Below, piece by piece: positions 39,781-53,395 of a stretch of DNA of 64,000 bases (the stretch's first letter is position 1; every line of letters starts with the position of its first letter). Position numbers and translations under genes: made by a program. Origin of the DNA: Ginglymostoma cirratum. Taxonomy: Eukaryota. The stretch is from NCBI GenBank assembly GCA_024137785.1, contig JAHRHZ010000059.1, positions 19,658,213-19,722,212 on the forward strand. The letters run 5' to 3'. Under the pieces are notes generated by a model that did no database searches, was not told where the DNA came from, and saw only the letters and a list, made by a program, of their open reading frames with translations.

Positions 39781-40329
39781 TAGGCATAGTGGTGGTGTGA
39801 CTGAATTAATAATCAAGAGGGGCCTAAGCTAATGGTTTGGGGTCATGGGTTCAAATTCCACCATGACAACTGATGGGATTTAAATTCAGTCCATAAATAT
39901 TTGGAATTAAAAGTTCATCTTTGGCATGGTAGCAACCATTTGCTATAAAAAAATCCTTTGGGGAAGGAAATCTGACATTTTTATCATATCTGACCCACAA
40001 GCAATATGATTGACTATTAACTGCCCCAGAAATGGCCAAGCAGCCATTCAGTTCAAGGGCAATGAGGGATGGGTGCCAATTTTTCACTTTTCCAGTAGTG
40101 CCCACACCTCATGGATGAATAAATATTTACATACAGCCATTATATGCAGTTGTGAAAAAGTGTTTTCTGAAATATTAATTAATGTCATCAACTGTGTATG
40201 CAACAGTTCAAGAAGGCAGCTCACCACCACCTTCTCAAGGGCAACTAGGGTTGGGCAATAAATGCTGGCCAGCCCAGCGACACCCAGGTCTCACAAATTT
40301 TAAAAAAAAATACAGCAGAGACATTACTT

Positions 40330-41560
40330 TCACATTTAATATTTTATTAGAAAAACGATGTAGTGCCAAATGATAGCTAATGTATATCTTGTATCTACAA
40401 GGGGGAACAAAACATGTCCTGGGATTTAAAGATCGATCAGCTTATTAGTTGTAGGGAAGACAATTAAATCCTTACTGAAAGAGAGAATCAACCAACATCT
40501 GGAGGTGAGAAATATAATAACAAATAATCAACATTGGTTTCAAAAGGAGAAATATGACTTAACCAGCTTTTTGGTTACCTGAAAGCCCAGTTCAATTCAA
40601 CCCACATGATATAGAGAAATGGCTGTGGGCAGAGAGGATTCTCCTAATTTCCATTAACTTCAGTTTTGCGAGGGCACCTTGACACCACTATCAGTTGCAT
40701 GTTACCTTAATATCAAGGGCAAGCACTCTCATCTCACCTCTTTAACATCATGATAAATTCAGAGAATATGATATCAGAGAATGAATCCCAAACGGATTAT
40801 CAATTGGGTTCAAGCATGACAGAAGACAGTTGAAGTAAAGAGTAAAGTTAAAATGCTGCAGATGTTGGAAACCTGAAGCAAACACAGAGAATTCTGAAGA
40901 AACTCAGCAGGTCTGGCAGCATCTATGGAGAGAGAAATGTTTCAAGTCTGGTGTGACACTTCTTCAGAAAACACAATTTCCAAATTAGTTGTGGATGAAA
41001 AATTGGGATAGATAGTCAAAAATGAGGAGCACTACAACAGAAGTACATTAGTTAATTTGCAGAGCAGCAAATAATTGACAAATTAAACATAACAGAGAAA
41101 TGTGAGGTATTGGACTTTGGTAAGAGGAATAGGGAAGGAAGTCACTTATTACTTGGAAAGTGCAAGTCTAGGTGTGGCACAAGGCATCTTGGAGGCAAAT
41201 ACAACAAAGCTAAAACTGAAAGTGGCACTAAAACTGGCACCATATGTCATAAACAATAAAATAAACCTTGCAGTGGGCTTTATTGACTGAAGGATTGAAT
41301 TGAAATGTAAGCATGTTATATTAAACCTGTTTCAAGACTTGGTTAACCTACATTTAGAGTACTATCTACCGTTTTGTTTGTTATATCATAGGATGGACAT
41401 TGAGGCACTGGAACGGGTACAGAGAAGATCTGCAAGGATAATGCCAGAAATCTGTGCATTACATAGTAGGAAATAATCAAAGCCTGTGTCTCTGCTCTCT
41501 CTGGAAAAAAGAAAGCTGAGGAGTGAACCAGTAGAGATATTTTAAGTTCTATAGAGATTG
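40330..41560 (+). mobile_element. Decayed CR1 LINE pieces
   Basis: AAATGTGAGGTATTGGACTTTGGTAAGAGGAAT, TTGGTTAACCTACATTTAGAGTAC. Confidence 0.5.
40850..40969 (-). mobile_element. Family B-like single arm
   Basis: GAAACTCAGCAGGTCTGGCAGCATCTATGGAGAG; minus strand TTCTGAAGAAGTGTC..GACTTGAAAC. Confidence 0.6.
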
Positions 41561-41964
41561 TTACGAGCACACAAGCCTTAGCTTTGTCTCCTAACAGTTC
41601 CTTCTTTTCTCTGACCAATTTTTCACGATGTCATCACAGCAGATGGTGTTTATTACATTCAATCAAATATTAACTCTTTCAGAACCATATTGAACAACTC
41701 CCGCCAAGTAATTTCCCCTCATAATTATTATATTAGTAAAAATATATTTATATATTTACATTTACCATTACCCCATCTGCCCCTTTATTTATAACTTTAC
41801 AAATTCAGACAACCTGCTTGTTCCACTATTCTCCCTGAATGTTTTCTCTTCAGAGATTGGTAAGTTTGTTGGGTAGAAGCTTGAACTGCCTTCCTGATGA
41901 CTTGAGGTCTGTCATTCTCTCTTGAACTGGAGGGCAATTTAATCTCTTGTATCTTTATTGCAGA

Positions 41965-42415
41965 GAATTTATGGAACGTTTGAATTATAAAGAAAGGCTG
42001 CACAGGCTGGGACTTTTTTCACTGGAGGGTACGAGGTTGAGAGGTGACCTTATGGAAGTTTATAAAATAATGACGGGTATCGATAGAGTTAAAGTAAGTT
42101 GTCTTTTCCCCAGGATTGGGAAATTTCAAGACTAGGGGGTACATTTTTAAGGTGAGAGGAGAGAGATTTTAAAAAGACATGAAGGGCAAATTTTATACAC
42201 AGAGGGTTGTTCATGTGTGGAATAAACTCCCTGAGGAAGTGGTGGATGTGGGTACAATTACAATGTTTAAAAGATATTTGGATAAGTACATGAATAGGAA
42301 AGGTTTGGAGGGATATGGGCTGGGAGCAGGCAGGTGGGATTAGTTTAGTTTGGGATTATGATCGGCATGAACTAGTTGGACCGAAGAGTCTGGTTCCGTG
42401 CTGTATGACTCTATG
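41965..42415 (+). mobile_element. CR1/HER1 LINE 3' fragment
   Basis: LNYKERLHRLGLFSLEGTRLRGDLMEVYKIMTGIDRV; tail GCTGTATGACTCTATG. Confidence 0.85.
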
Positions 42416-43029
42416 GTGAAGTTCCCTCCAAAACAAGTGACTTTGCTGTATATTGCACATTTGCATTTTGTTTCTTTTCTCAAAGGCATCTTCGATAGAC
42501 TTGTATGCACCAATCTTCAAATGTTTTCCGTCGATAGCAAAACTGAAGAGAGTTCAGATTCCATGTGGCGACAAAATTTGAGAAGCAGTACTAACAAAAA
42601 GACAGTAACTGAACTGCCTGCATTATTCAAGAGGATGTCTTCAACTCTTCATATTACTCAAACCTTTGATTTGTATCAATGGAATCTGGTTCTCATTCCA
42701 TCTGTCAGCCTGTATTGAAGTAGGCAGACATTACTTCAACATCTTGAATATTTCAGGCTTTCTCCTCCCCGCTCAGTGACTGAATTATTGGCAAAACCAA
42801 TTCGTTCATTCCTCAGTTGTATAACCTAGAAATCCATTCTTGCTTCATGTGATACCCTTTAGTTTTGTTATGGATGCTCCTTTGGAAAGTGGGGAGCTCA
42901 GCCATTTTACTTGAACTTGTGCCTTCCTAATCACCTCAGCCCCTATGGCAGATTTAAATTTGGAGTAGTTTTCTCATGGGAGGTTAAAATTAGAAATTGC
43001 TGACCCAATTCAGTTATAGATGTTTCATT

Positions 43030-43227
43030 TACAAGGTGTGGAGCTGGATGAACACAGCAGGCCAAACAGCATCATAGGAGCAGGAAAGAAAGCATTTCTG
43101 ATGAAGGGTCTAGGCCTGAAACGTCAAGCTTTCCTGCTCTTTTAATGCTGCTTGGCCTGCTGTGTTCATCCAGGTCCACACCTTGCTATCTCGGATTCTC
43201 CAGCATCTGCAGTACCTATTATCTATC
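43030..43227 (+). mobile_element. Palindromic family A insertion with 14-bp TSD and hammerhead motif
   Basis: TSD ATAGATGTTTCATT at 43016-43029 and 43228-43241. CTGATGAAGGGTCTAGGCCTGAAACGTC at 43098-43125. Short inverted arm 43031-43088. Confidence 0.8.
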
Positions 43228-43479
43228 ATAGATGTTTCATTGCCTGTTTATCACTATACATTCTCTTAAAAATGTAGGCAGTTCAGTTGCGGTCTCTTTG
43301 TTGGTAGTTCATCAAGTTTTGTTGCTACTTTGAAAGTGAGCCCCCTTCAGTGTTAATATCAATGGAAAAGTGTAGTCACAGCTTCCCATCTCATTTATGG
43401 TATGAAACACCCTTTCTATGTCAACGTAATTAACCTTAAAAGATTCTGTTATTTTTGGGTTTGAATCAATTAAGAGCTT

Positions 43480-43760
43480 ATGGAGCCCAGGAAAATATCT
43501 CGGCTTTTCAAGAGCTTTATTGATCCAGAGGTTGAAATAATTGTTGAAGGGTTTCACTACCTCTTTGAATTTGACTGATATTACATTTATCCATTGACAA
43601 GCTAACATAACTTGATATACGTTCAGTTGTGTACAGGATCTGTTTACTTGCTGTCTTCTGTCTTGCTGTCCAGTTCAGAACCAATTCTCTGCCTCAAGAA
43701 TTGTCTTCTCCAGGATGTCCAATTTTGTATTTAATTTGGACCATCTTTGAAGTGAAATCT
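43480..43760 (-). mobile_element. Decayed Gypsy-type gag N-terminal remnant
   Basis: Minus-strand frameshifted translation QNWTSWRRQFLRQRIGSELDSKTED..QVN..LYT..KFKEVVKPFNNYFNLWINKALEK resembles the Gypsy gag motif W..W..RF.R.R.AS.L....E..QVN.L.Y...F..YF....N...ERAKF. Confidence 0.45.
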
Positions 43761-46629
43761 TTCTGGTAATGTTATTTCTGAATCCATAGCTTCCCAATAT
43801 GATCAGATATTTTTCTTTTTTTTTTGTTTTTATTCTGCAGTAGTGGTGGTTCTCCTGTGTTTTATTATTACTTTGGAGCATTTTTCTGAGCTTTATGGCT
43901 GCAATGGAGCATTTCTCAGGCTTTGTGGTTTTAATTTAGGCTCTACCATACTTTGCAGGGATATTGTAAGTTTCCCTTTCCTATCTCACTGTAATTGAGA
44001 TTTTCCTGTCTTCAGAATCTCTGTAAGAGTCCTGCTCCCTTTTCTTTGTCTCCTGAAAAAAAATTGTGTTAAACCGAATCATATACTTCTTTAACTTAAC
44101 CAATGCTTATCTGCTTTACATGGCTTCGTTAGCAATTTCCCTGAGTTTCTCCTGCTGGAATATGTTCTCACAGTCCTCTTGATTTTATTTTATCACTCCT
44201 TCCGCATGGTGTTCATACACTATGATGACAGTGCTCCATCAGAGCTGCCACTTTCTATAAATTACTCTCAGCCTGACTTATTGCACCATTTAGGCTTTCC
44301 CTGTCACACAAGGATTTTTGGTTTTGACTCAAGCAATGCTCAACTTTCAATTGCTGGCTCAACAGAGACTCAGACATACTTTCCCAAACCACCACATCTT
44401 GGTAGCCTGCACCTACTGCTGTGGAGCTGCAGATTCCTTCTGTTCCAGTCCACCTCCTGTCAGGTCTGAAATGCTTCATGTCCGGTTCTCTGAAGTGCTC
44501 TTCTGTGTTGAATGTTGCCATGAGACTTGTGACATTTACTGTCATCAGCAAGTGAGAGTATTGGTTTCCCTTGAAGACCTCTCTTCATCCTCAGTATGTA
44601 TTTTCCCGGTGTCTTTTTTTTTAAACACGAAGCCCTGACTTTCAATTCCTTTTAGTTGGCACTATTTAGAAATAGCTCTGGTCACCACAGCCCAGTATGT
44701 TGCAGCAGGAGCCCACCATTGCCACCATGCCATGTGTGGTTTCCTTCAAGCCCAATGTGGTTTAATATGGAATGGGATATACACCTTTCTGGTCTAAGGA
44801 GAAGGATCTTGTTGAGTAAATAATATGAAGTCTATTGCATTACTGAAACTATTTGCAAATTATATAGATATGACCTTTATTAGTAGAGAGGCTGTTAGCC
44901 CCAGATCTGTCTCCTATAAACTCCCTTATCTGTGACCACATTGCCATAGCATCATCACAGTGCATGGTATTTATTGCACTGAATCGAGAGTTAACTCTGT
45001 CGGAGTCTTCCAGAATTGTGTAACAAGTTATTTATAGGCTGGAGTCTTTCAAAGTGCCTCCACTCTTGGATTGCTAGATGGTAGGAATTGACAAGGCTGG
45101 AGCCTGCAAACTTAAAAAGAATGGACACCTGGAGAAATTTCTGGGGGCCACTTGGCAATCATGGAGTTACATCAAGCATTGAGTCAACACCCTGAAGGAA
45201 GCAGAAAATGGAACAAAGTCGTCAGAGGAAAAAGATGAAGGGAAATAGAGAGCAATTACAAACAGTAAAAAATGGCAGCTGACATTTCTGAATTTTCCAC
45301 CTGTGGAGAGTTGCCGACAGCTTCACAGCTGGGAGTTAAAATTCCGCTTATGGACTAAAGCACTCTTTACCCTGCTTCAACAATGTGCCTCAGCCCAACC
45401 TCAGAAGAGCTCCCTCTACTGCCCCAGACATTTAGGGCTCTTCCAATGTATAAAGTATGATATCTTATTATGAGCATTCACAGCACTGAAACAGGCCAAT
45501 CAGTCCAATAGATTTATGTCAGAGTTTAAACTCCACATTGGCCTCCTCCTTTCTTATTTCATCTCGCATTATCAAAACGTCCATTTGGTGCCTTTCTAAC
45601 TTTGGAAAATGCAGTTGGATATTATCTGACTAACAACCTTGCTACTTTAAGACTCTCTGGTCATCTGGAACTGTGGCTGTGGAATGAAACTCATTATTAA
45701 ATGTGATTACATGAAGCTGTAAGTGTAGGTTAACTTAAAGTATGACACATTGACTGTGATGCCTCAATAAAAAGTGCTTAAAAGTTCATTTATTTCAATA
45801 ATATCATATTGGCCCTTGTTAATTGATCTGTAAAACAAAAACTATGCAATTGAATGACAAAAAAATCTACAAATGATCTATTACCCTTTAAGATACAATG
45901 TCAGCATGGACTTTCAGTGATGTATTGCCCACAAAACATCATTAGTTCTGAGGAATTTCTCAAGTAATTCTTTTTACATTGGTCAACACACCAAAATAGA
46001 TCTTACAATCATTACCCTTTTAGAAGCTCCAATTTTACTCCATATGAGAATTGTTAATATGCTAATGTAAAGCTGCATCTATATTGTTTAAGGTGAGTAG
46101 CTACAGAATTTACTCCAGTTAGGTTAACTATTGAACACACAGACTCTGTAATTTAAATGCTCAAGACTAAGACAGCTTTGAGCATGCTTACTCACAATTC
46201 TAGCCTAAACTGGTAGCCTCACATGTTTGAGGATGTGGGCATGACTATTCACACTCAAAACATTTAGAACAACACTTATTTTAAGGACTGACAGCATGTC
46301 TCTTGGATGAACAATGTACAAACAGTGCAAGACCTTGAAGGGATCACAGAGCATTTGGTAAACCTCATTTTCTGGTGAACTAGACTTGGAATCAATGCAC
46401 TTCCCACTGATATGTAACAGCCTCCCTACATACTTTCCCTCCAGAATCAGAGTTTAGACTAGATTGAGTTTAAACTTTCAAAACTCAGATTAATAGATTC
46501 TTGTTGGAGCGAGGATACTGACATATGGAACCAAGGTAGACAATTAATGTTAATGCACAGATTAACTGTAATCCAATTGAATGGCGAAGCATACTGGAAG
46601 GTTTTAATAGCAACACAACTGTTCCAATA

Positions 46630-47425
46630 CTTTTTTGAACTCATTGACAGGATGTGGGTATCACTGGCACAGCCAGTATTTCATGCCCATTTGTAATTGT
46701 CCTTGAGAAGGGCAGCCTTGAACCATTACAGCCCACATGGTGCCACAGCGCTGTTATGAGGGCAGTTCCAGGATTTCAATCCAGCAATGGTGAAAAACAA
46801 CAGTCTAACTTCAGGTCAAGATGGCTTATAGTTTGGAGGGGAACTTGCAGGTGGGGGTGTTTCCATGTATCTATTGCTCTTGTGCTAGTAAATGGTAGAG
46901 ATCGTCGGTTTGGAAAGTGCTGCCAAGAGATGCTAAGTGAGTTGCTGCATTGCATTTTGCTTATGGCACACACTGCTACTTCTGTGAGTCAGTGATGAAA
47001 GTTTAACATGGTGGATGGTCTGCTGATGATGTGGGCTGCTTTGTTCTGGATGGTGTCAAGCTTCTTCTTGTTGTTGGAGCTGCACCCATCCAGGCAGGTG
47101 AAGAGTCTACCATCGCACTCCTGACTTGTGTCTTGTAGATGGTGGACAGGCTTTGGGGAGTTAGGAGGTGAGTTATCAACTGTACAATTTCCAGCTCTGG
47201 GCTGTTCTTGTAGCCACAGTATGTACAAGGTTGAAGGATCCAGTTCAACCTCTGGTCAATGATGACCCCAAAGAAGTTAACACTGAGTTTTGACAATGGC
47301 AATATCATTCAAAGTCAAGCGGTAATGTTACATTCTCTCTTGTTGGATATGGTCGTGCATGTGGCATGAATATTATTTGCCTCTTATTATCCCAACCCTG
47401 AATGTCATCCGGGTTTTGCTCTCAT
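46630..47425 (-). mobile_element. Same LINE family 3' fragment
   Basis: HLLTPQSLSTIYKTQVRSAMVDSSPAWMGAAPTT in ORF 47003-47308. Confidence 0.75.
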
Positions 47426-49169
47426 AGACACAGGCTCAAGCTAAGCTGCCATTTTTATGTTGCTGGTAAAGTCACAGTGTAATTGTAACTTTAAAGTGTA
47501 GCATCTGAAATTTCACACCCACCCTGAGAAATGCATGAAGGTGGAATTTCTCTGTACCAATATCCAATAGAACTGACCCATTAGAATCCCAAAAACAGCT
47601 ACTTTTCATTACACTTGGTAGAGTACAAGTCTCTCTAGCAATTAGGTAGAAACACTCGAGTGAACTGAAGCGGAATAGCTCCAGAGGAGGACTGGAGTAA
47701 TGTTTCAACAGTGAGATGTAAAAAGCCCTGTTCAATTTAAGGGAATGAGAAAAAATGATAAGTGCAACAAATGAGAAATGGAAGTGAGGCTGAGGATTCT
47801 TGATTAGAAATGTAGAATCAAAGAATCATACAGTACAGAAGAAGCCCTTCAGCCCATTGAGTCTGCATCAACAAAAAACTACTTTAAATCTACACTCGAC
47901 TTACTTTCTAGCACTTGGCCCATAGCTTTGAATGTTATGATAGTTCAGGTTCACATCCTAGTCAGAATAAGATGGCCATTCAAAGCCAGCTGAGAGGAAT
48001 TATCAAAGGTGCTCAGGAGGAAAAACAGAAGAGGCAGTGACAGTAAATGGTATCCAATGAATTTCAAGACCACTCTTACAATGTTAGAGGAAGTTAAACA
48101 ATCTTACAAGGTTAACAAAAGTAAGTAACTTAACATCTAAGTGTCAGAACAACTGGGAGGCAACTGGTCACTCTCCATTCTAGTATTCGGTCAGGGTACC
48201 AAATTGCATAGTTTAGTTCCAATTAGGATCACCTTCTCACACATTCTGCAATTCCTTTAGCCCATTGAAGCTCTGGATCCATGTCCTGATTTCTTCCTTG
48301 CAGCTATCATTACCATCCAATCTTTCAATCCTAAAATATTCCATGAAAAGTGGCACTATTGGCTCAGTGATAACAGACTTGGGTTATAGCAGCTCGGCAG
48401 GATTTCATTGGAGGAGGTGCCTGGTTTCAGGTGAACAGTTAACTCAGGGGCATTTTGGCCTCTCACGGGGACAGAAAACATGCTATGCCACTAAGACTGG
48501 GGCATTCCCCTAATATTTACACAACCCCAAAGCAATTTTAAAAATTCTCATGCGGCAAGTGTAGAAATGTTCCTATTTGGTCTTTACTCGTGTCTTCTGG
48601 GTGATGCTAACTTTGTTGTGATGGCATGCAGCAACGCACTGTTGAATTCTCGCCAGCACTCTCACTATACCATTCCATCGTTTGATAAAAATATGAACCA
48701 CTTAACTGTAAAATAATATGATGACCCTGTACTGCTTCCTCCCCTCCCAATAAAACTGATTGAAGACAGCATATATGCATTATTTAGGGACTGGGAGTTG
48801 AAACTGAATGTTTTAACAATGTTGGTATTTCACTTAAAACTTAAATATATGGTAATAGTGGATGGTAGCATTAGTGCAATAATTATTTGGATTGATAAAG
48901 ATTTACTTTGATGATGTGTACAAAATTAGCTGAACTCTTTGAAGTGCTATTAAACCATATCAGCATATGATAACTGGTATGTGCTGGGAGCTGGTATCAG
49001 ATATCTCAAAGGATCTCTTTTTTTTCATTGCAGAAGGCACTTCTAACTACACTCCTTTACTCCCTGTGCTCAAAGTTGAATTCTCAATTCTACTAAAAAA
49101 TTCCTTTCCAAGCTTCCTAAATTGGAATTTTAGAAAGGCTTTACAAGTTCAGCTCTGGAGACTTGAGCC

Positions 49170-49545
49170 CCTGGTCTAGGCCAATGATGTAGCACCGAGG
49201 GAGTGCTACATTGTTGAACGAGTCAACTTTAGGGTGAGATGTCAAATCAAGGCCATTATGCATTCTTCGGTGTGTATAAAACATGCCATGCATTATCTGA
49301 AGAAGAACAGGGGAGTTCTTCAGTGTTGTGGCTGACGTCTAACCCTCAACACAAACAGTAGAATGACCTAATTAGTTATTTATCTCATTCTTGTGAGCAG
49401 GCCCAATTGTGTCACGTGTCACAAGTTGTGTGACACAATTTTACCATGGTAACAGTGACAACATTTCAAAAGTTCATTGGCTGCGAAGCAGATTGAGGTA
49501 TCCTGAAATCGTGTGAGACATGATATAAATGTAGGTTCTTCCTTT
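49170..49545 (+). mobile_element. DeuSINE-like SINE
   Basis: GAGGGAGTGCTACATTG..GTGAGATGTCAAATCAAGGCC..GAAGAAGAACAGGGGAGTTC..TTCATTGGCTG..ATATAAATGTAGG. Confidence 0.6.
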
Positions 49546-50800
49546 ACATGAATTAAGCACTAATGACTTTTTCTAAGTGTTTCAGTAATTAAAAGGCAAA
49601 AAGGTAATATTCCTGGCTGTAAGTGTAGAATTACCTAAAGAAATAATTTTGTCTGAAGAGTGAGTATGAATATTAAAGAGATATAACATGACCTTTTGCA
49701 CAAATCAATAGACATGAAAAGTGCACATGACAACATTTTTCATGAGTTGAATATTACTAAAACAGTTTATGAGCAATGAAAATTTTGTTAGCACAATCTG
49801 ATTCTTAACTCTAACAAATTTTGGTCTTCAAAAATAAATTATGTATCTGTTAATTTGTATGGTTATCAAAATAAGAGTGTAAAATACATTTTTGCTTTGG
49901 TAGGTAACCACATTACTGGATTTCAATTTCAGTTTATGTTCAGGAGCACCAATATTTCAGTCTTCTGACGCTGGAAGAAATGCAAAAGTTGACTCTGGCA
50001 CATCTAGTGGTGAAAATTTGTCATAATTCCTACCCACTTCCAAGGACAGCAGGAATTCCTAACAACACAGCGATTGTACCTGCAGCAGTTCAAGCAAGTG
50101 GCTCACCACCACCTTCTCAAGGGCTATTAGGGATGGGGAACAAATTATGGCTTTGCCAGTGACAGTCACATTGCATGCCAGCTTTTTTTTAATGCATCAA
50201 ATTAATTTACATTCTTTAAAATCTTTTTTTGAAGGAGACAAGAGTTCATACACAAACTGATTCTCTTTAACGTATCAACATTTTCCTTTATTTCATTCTG
50301 ATTGAGATACCTTGGTTTTGGAGTCAACAGACAAAAATGTTGAGGGAACTCGATAAGTTTGACGCCAATAGAAGAGAAGATCATCACCAGTGAATATAAT
50401 TTGAAAATGACACTCTTCAATTCTAGGGTATTAATACGTTTCTCTGTTGGCTGTAATGCTGAGCCATAAATATTGCAAAGCATCCAATTGTATTTCGACA
50501 TGTCTGCAAATATAGTTGAAGGATTTGAGCTGGCAAATATAGTTCAAAACATCTCATGGCTACTTAGCTAATAATTGTCTTAGTGGATGGTCTTTTATCT
50601 TCAATGAGACCCTTAATACCATGAACTTTTGTGCGAAAATTGATGTATTCCAAGTGACACCCCCAGGCATGTTGCATCACAAATAAGCTGTTTAATTTCA
50701 ATGTGCACATGCTTTTCAAACATTATGATGATGCAGGAGTGCATGTCTGTAGCCAAAGGTGAGACGCTTTTGTATTAAAGTGGCTTTGAATTTGATCACA

Positions 50801-51415
50801 GATAATAGGTACTGCAGATGCTGGAGAATCTGGGATAACAAGGTGTGGAGCTGGATGAACACAGCAGGCCAAGCAGCATCATAGGAGCAGGGAAGCTTGA
50901 CGTTTCGGGCCTAGACCCTTCATCNNNNNNNNNNNNNNNNNNNNNNNNNNNNNNNNNNNNNNNNNNNNNNNNNNNNNNNNNNNNNNNNNNNNNNNNNNNN
51001 NNNNNNNNNNNNNNNNNNNNNNNNNNNNNNNNNNNNNNNNNNNNNNNNNNNNNNNNNNNNNNNNNNNNNNNNNNNNNNNNNNNNNNNNNNNNNNNNNNNN
51101 NNNNNNNNNNNNNNNNNNNNNNNNNNNNNNNNNNNNNNNNNNNNNNNNNNNNNNNNNNNNNNNNNNNNNNNNNNNNNNNNNNNNNNNNNNNNNNNNNNNN
51201 NNNNNNNNNNNNNNNNNNNNNNNNNNNNNNNNNNNNNNNNNNNNNNNNNNNNNNNNNNNNNNNNNNNNNNNNNNNNNNNNNNNNNNNNNNNNNNNNNNNN
51301 NNNNNNNNNNNNNNNNNNNNNNNNGATGAAGGGTCTAGGCCCGAAACGTCAAGCTTCCCTGCTCCTATGATGCTGCTTGGCCTGCTGTGTTCATCCAGCT
51401 CCACACCTTGTTATC
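50801..51415. mobile_element. Young palindromic family A insertion spanning the assembly gap
   Basis: TSD TTGAATTTGATCACA at 50786-50800 and 51416-51430. Arms 50834-50924 and 51325-51415 are exact reverse complements. The left arm carries the extra tail 50801-50833. Confidence 0.8.
50925..51324. other. Assembly gap (400 N)
   Basis: Run of N. Confidence 1.
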
Positions 51416-52489
51416 TTGAATTTGATCACATATCCCTTCAGCATGATACACCCAACAGGTTTAAATTCATTTTTTCCCAATAAATATCCAGTGTTAAACT
51501 TCGTTTCAAGGTTCTTTTGTATTAATTTGTACTAAAATAAAAATATTAGGCTGCATAGTTTCATTGTAAACTTGAATTCCGAATTTAAGTCTATTGTATA
51601 GTGAAAGTGTTGTTGAAGCATTTTCAAACTGAGTGCTACAGTACAGCATTGTTGTCTAATGAGCTTAAATTTCAAAAATCACCTGTAGACCAGATTAAGG
51701 ATACCCTGTATCCTGCATAATCCTATACCTCACATACTACTGATTGTTTTTTACTGAGGCCTGGAAGGGTTGTACACTAAGTAGCTGTTTGCAAATCAAA
51801 ATTATTTCTTCACAAGTAATATAAAATATCATTTTAATTAGAGATTTGCTTTCATTTTTACATGGTTACCAGTAAATCTCCAAAAACTAAATTGCTGTTG
51901 TCAAATTTCTCCAAAGCAATTGAGTTGAAGTGGTGATCTAAATGGATAATATCCGGAAAATGCAATTTACAAACTAATAAAGCTGCTTCTGTGTTCTGGC
52001 TGGATTGAGTCTCACCTCCTGCGACTTGCATTATCAGCTCGATCTGTGACTGAGATCAGTGGAACAGTTCAAAGCAACAATAAAAGTAATCTGCACCATA
52101 ATAATTTTGATTAAAATTTGCTGTGTTGATCCTAGATAAGCAGCCTCTTAGCTGTCAGCATTTAGGGTTGTGATTTGTTGTCAAATTTAGACTTTACCTC
52201 TAGCATTTGGCAAAAAGACGGAGCAACAGCAGCTGTTGCAGCTTCAAGAAGTGGAGAGGCAAGATCTTGTTCCCCAGCTCCAACCATCACAGAATAAGAA
52301 GCTGCAAGTACCCAGTGTGAGGAATGTAGCACCAACTCAATCAGATGTAGGGGAGTGTTACGGTGGAGGAGGTTTCCCTTCCTGCTTGGAGAAACCAATG
52401 TTTGCTGGACTATGATGCCAACCAATGCCTTTCCCAAGGGGCCATATATCACACGTTTGCTTAGGCAATGGGTATAGTGGATTAATGAT

Positions 52490-52845
52490 GATGGAGGACA
52501 TTATTGCTGTGCCTGATCATCGCTGAAAGCCTCATTGCCTCTGTAGCCTCCTCCAGTCTGGAAAGTCTCTGAGAAACCTGTCCTCCTCTTAATCTTTTCC
52601 TTCTATTAATCACTGTTGACGACTGTGACTTTCACCTTAGGTTCTAGAATTCCCTCTCTCAACCTCTTCACCTCTCTTTTTTCCTTTGTGAAACTAACAT
52701 TTTTTTGATGAATCTGTTGGTTCTCAGTCAGAATGTCCCCTTCTTTGGTGTGGTGTCTGTTTTGATTTGCTTGTGCTTTCCAGAAGCATCTCATGATGTT
52801 TTACTGTGCTCAAAGTGCTATGTAAATACACAGTATTGTTGTTGG
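52490..52845 (+). mobile_element. L2-type LINE 3' end
   Basis: Tail TTTTACTGTGCTCAAAGTGCTATGTAAATAC..TTGTTGTTG, shared with DeuSINE-like tails. Confidence 0.5.
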
Positions 52846-52859
52846 ATGGTGAGGGACAC

Positions 52860-53297
52860 TCAGTCATAGAGACATATAGTACAGAAACAAAACCTTATGT
52901 CCAACTAGTCCATGCCTAACATAATTCCAAACTGAACGAGTCCCACCTGCCTGCTCCTGGCCCATATCCCTCCAAACCTTTCCTATTCATGTACTTGTCC
53001 AAATGTCTTTTAAACATTGTAATTGCACTCATATCTACTTCCACAGGAAGTTCATTCTGCACGGGAACCACCGTCTGTGTAGAAAAATTGTCCTCACGTC
53101 TTTTCCAAATCTCTCTCCTCTCACGTTAAAAGTGTGTCCCCCTAGTCTTGAAATCCCACATGCTAGGGAAAAGACAACTGCTATTAACTCTATCTATACT
53201 ACTCTAATTTAGAAATCGCCTTGAGGTTGCCTCTCAAACTCCCACATTCCAGTGAAAAAAGTCCCAACCTATCCAGCCATTCTTCATAACTTAAACC
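52860..53297 (-). mobile_element. CR1/HER1 LINE 3' fragment
   Basis: Reverse complement of the same subfamily as 41965-42415. Confidence 0.8.
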
Positions 53298-53321
53298 TTG
53301 CTACTGAACTTATACACACCA

Positions 53322-53395
53322 TGGCCTGCTGTGTTCCTCCAGCTCCACACTGTGTTATCTCTGACTCCAGCATCAGCAGTTCTTACTATCTCTGA
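53322..53395 (+). mobile_element. Family A variant terminal fragment
   Basis: GGCCTGCTGTGTTCCTCCAGCTCCACACTGTGTTATCTCTGACTCCAGCATCAGCAGTTCTTACT, nearly identical to 55034-55098. Confidence 0.65.

Noticed and set aside
43900-44640. Possible L1 ORF1 remnant on the minus strand (EDCENIFQQEKLR)
   Set aside because: Similarity too weak to support without a search.
45288-45350. Short imperfect hairpin with GAATTTT...AAAATTC ends
   Set aside because: Possibly a MITE remnant, but too short and degenerate to call.
49405-49440. 11-bp inverted repeat AATTGTGTCAC/GTGACACAATT
   Set aside because: Small local fold-back inside a decayed SINE; no further support.
50796-51483. 202-aa and 212-aa ORFs on both strands
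   Set aside because: Artefacts of translating across the N gap and the palindrome.
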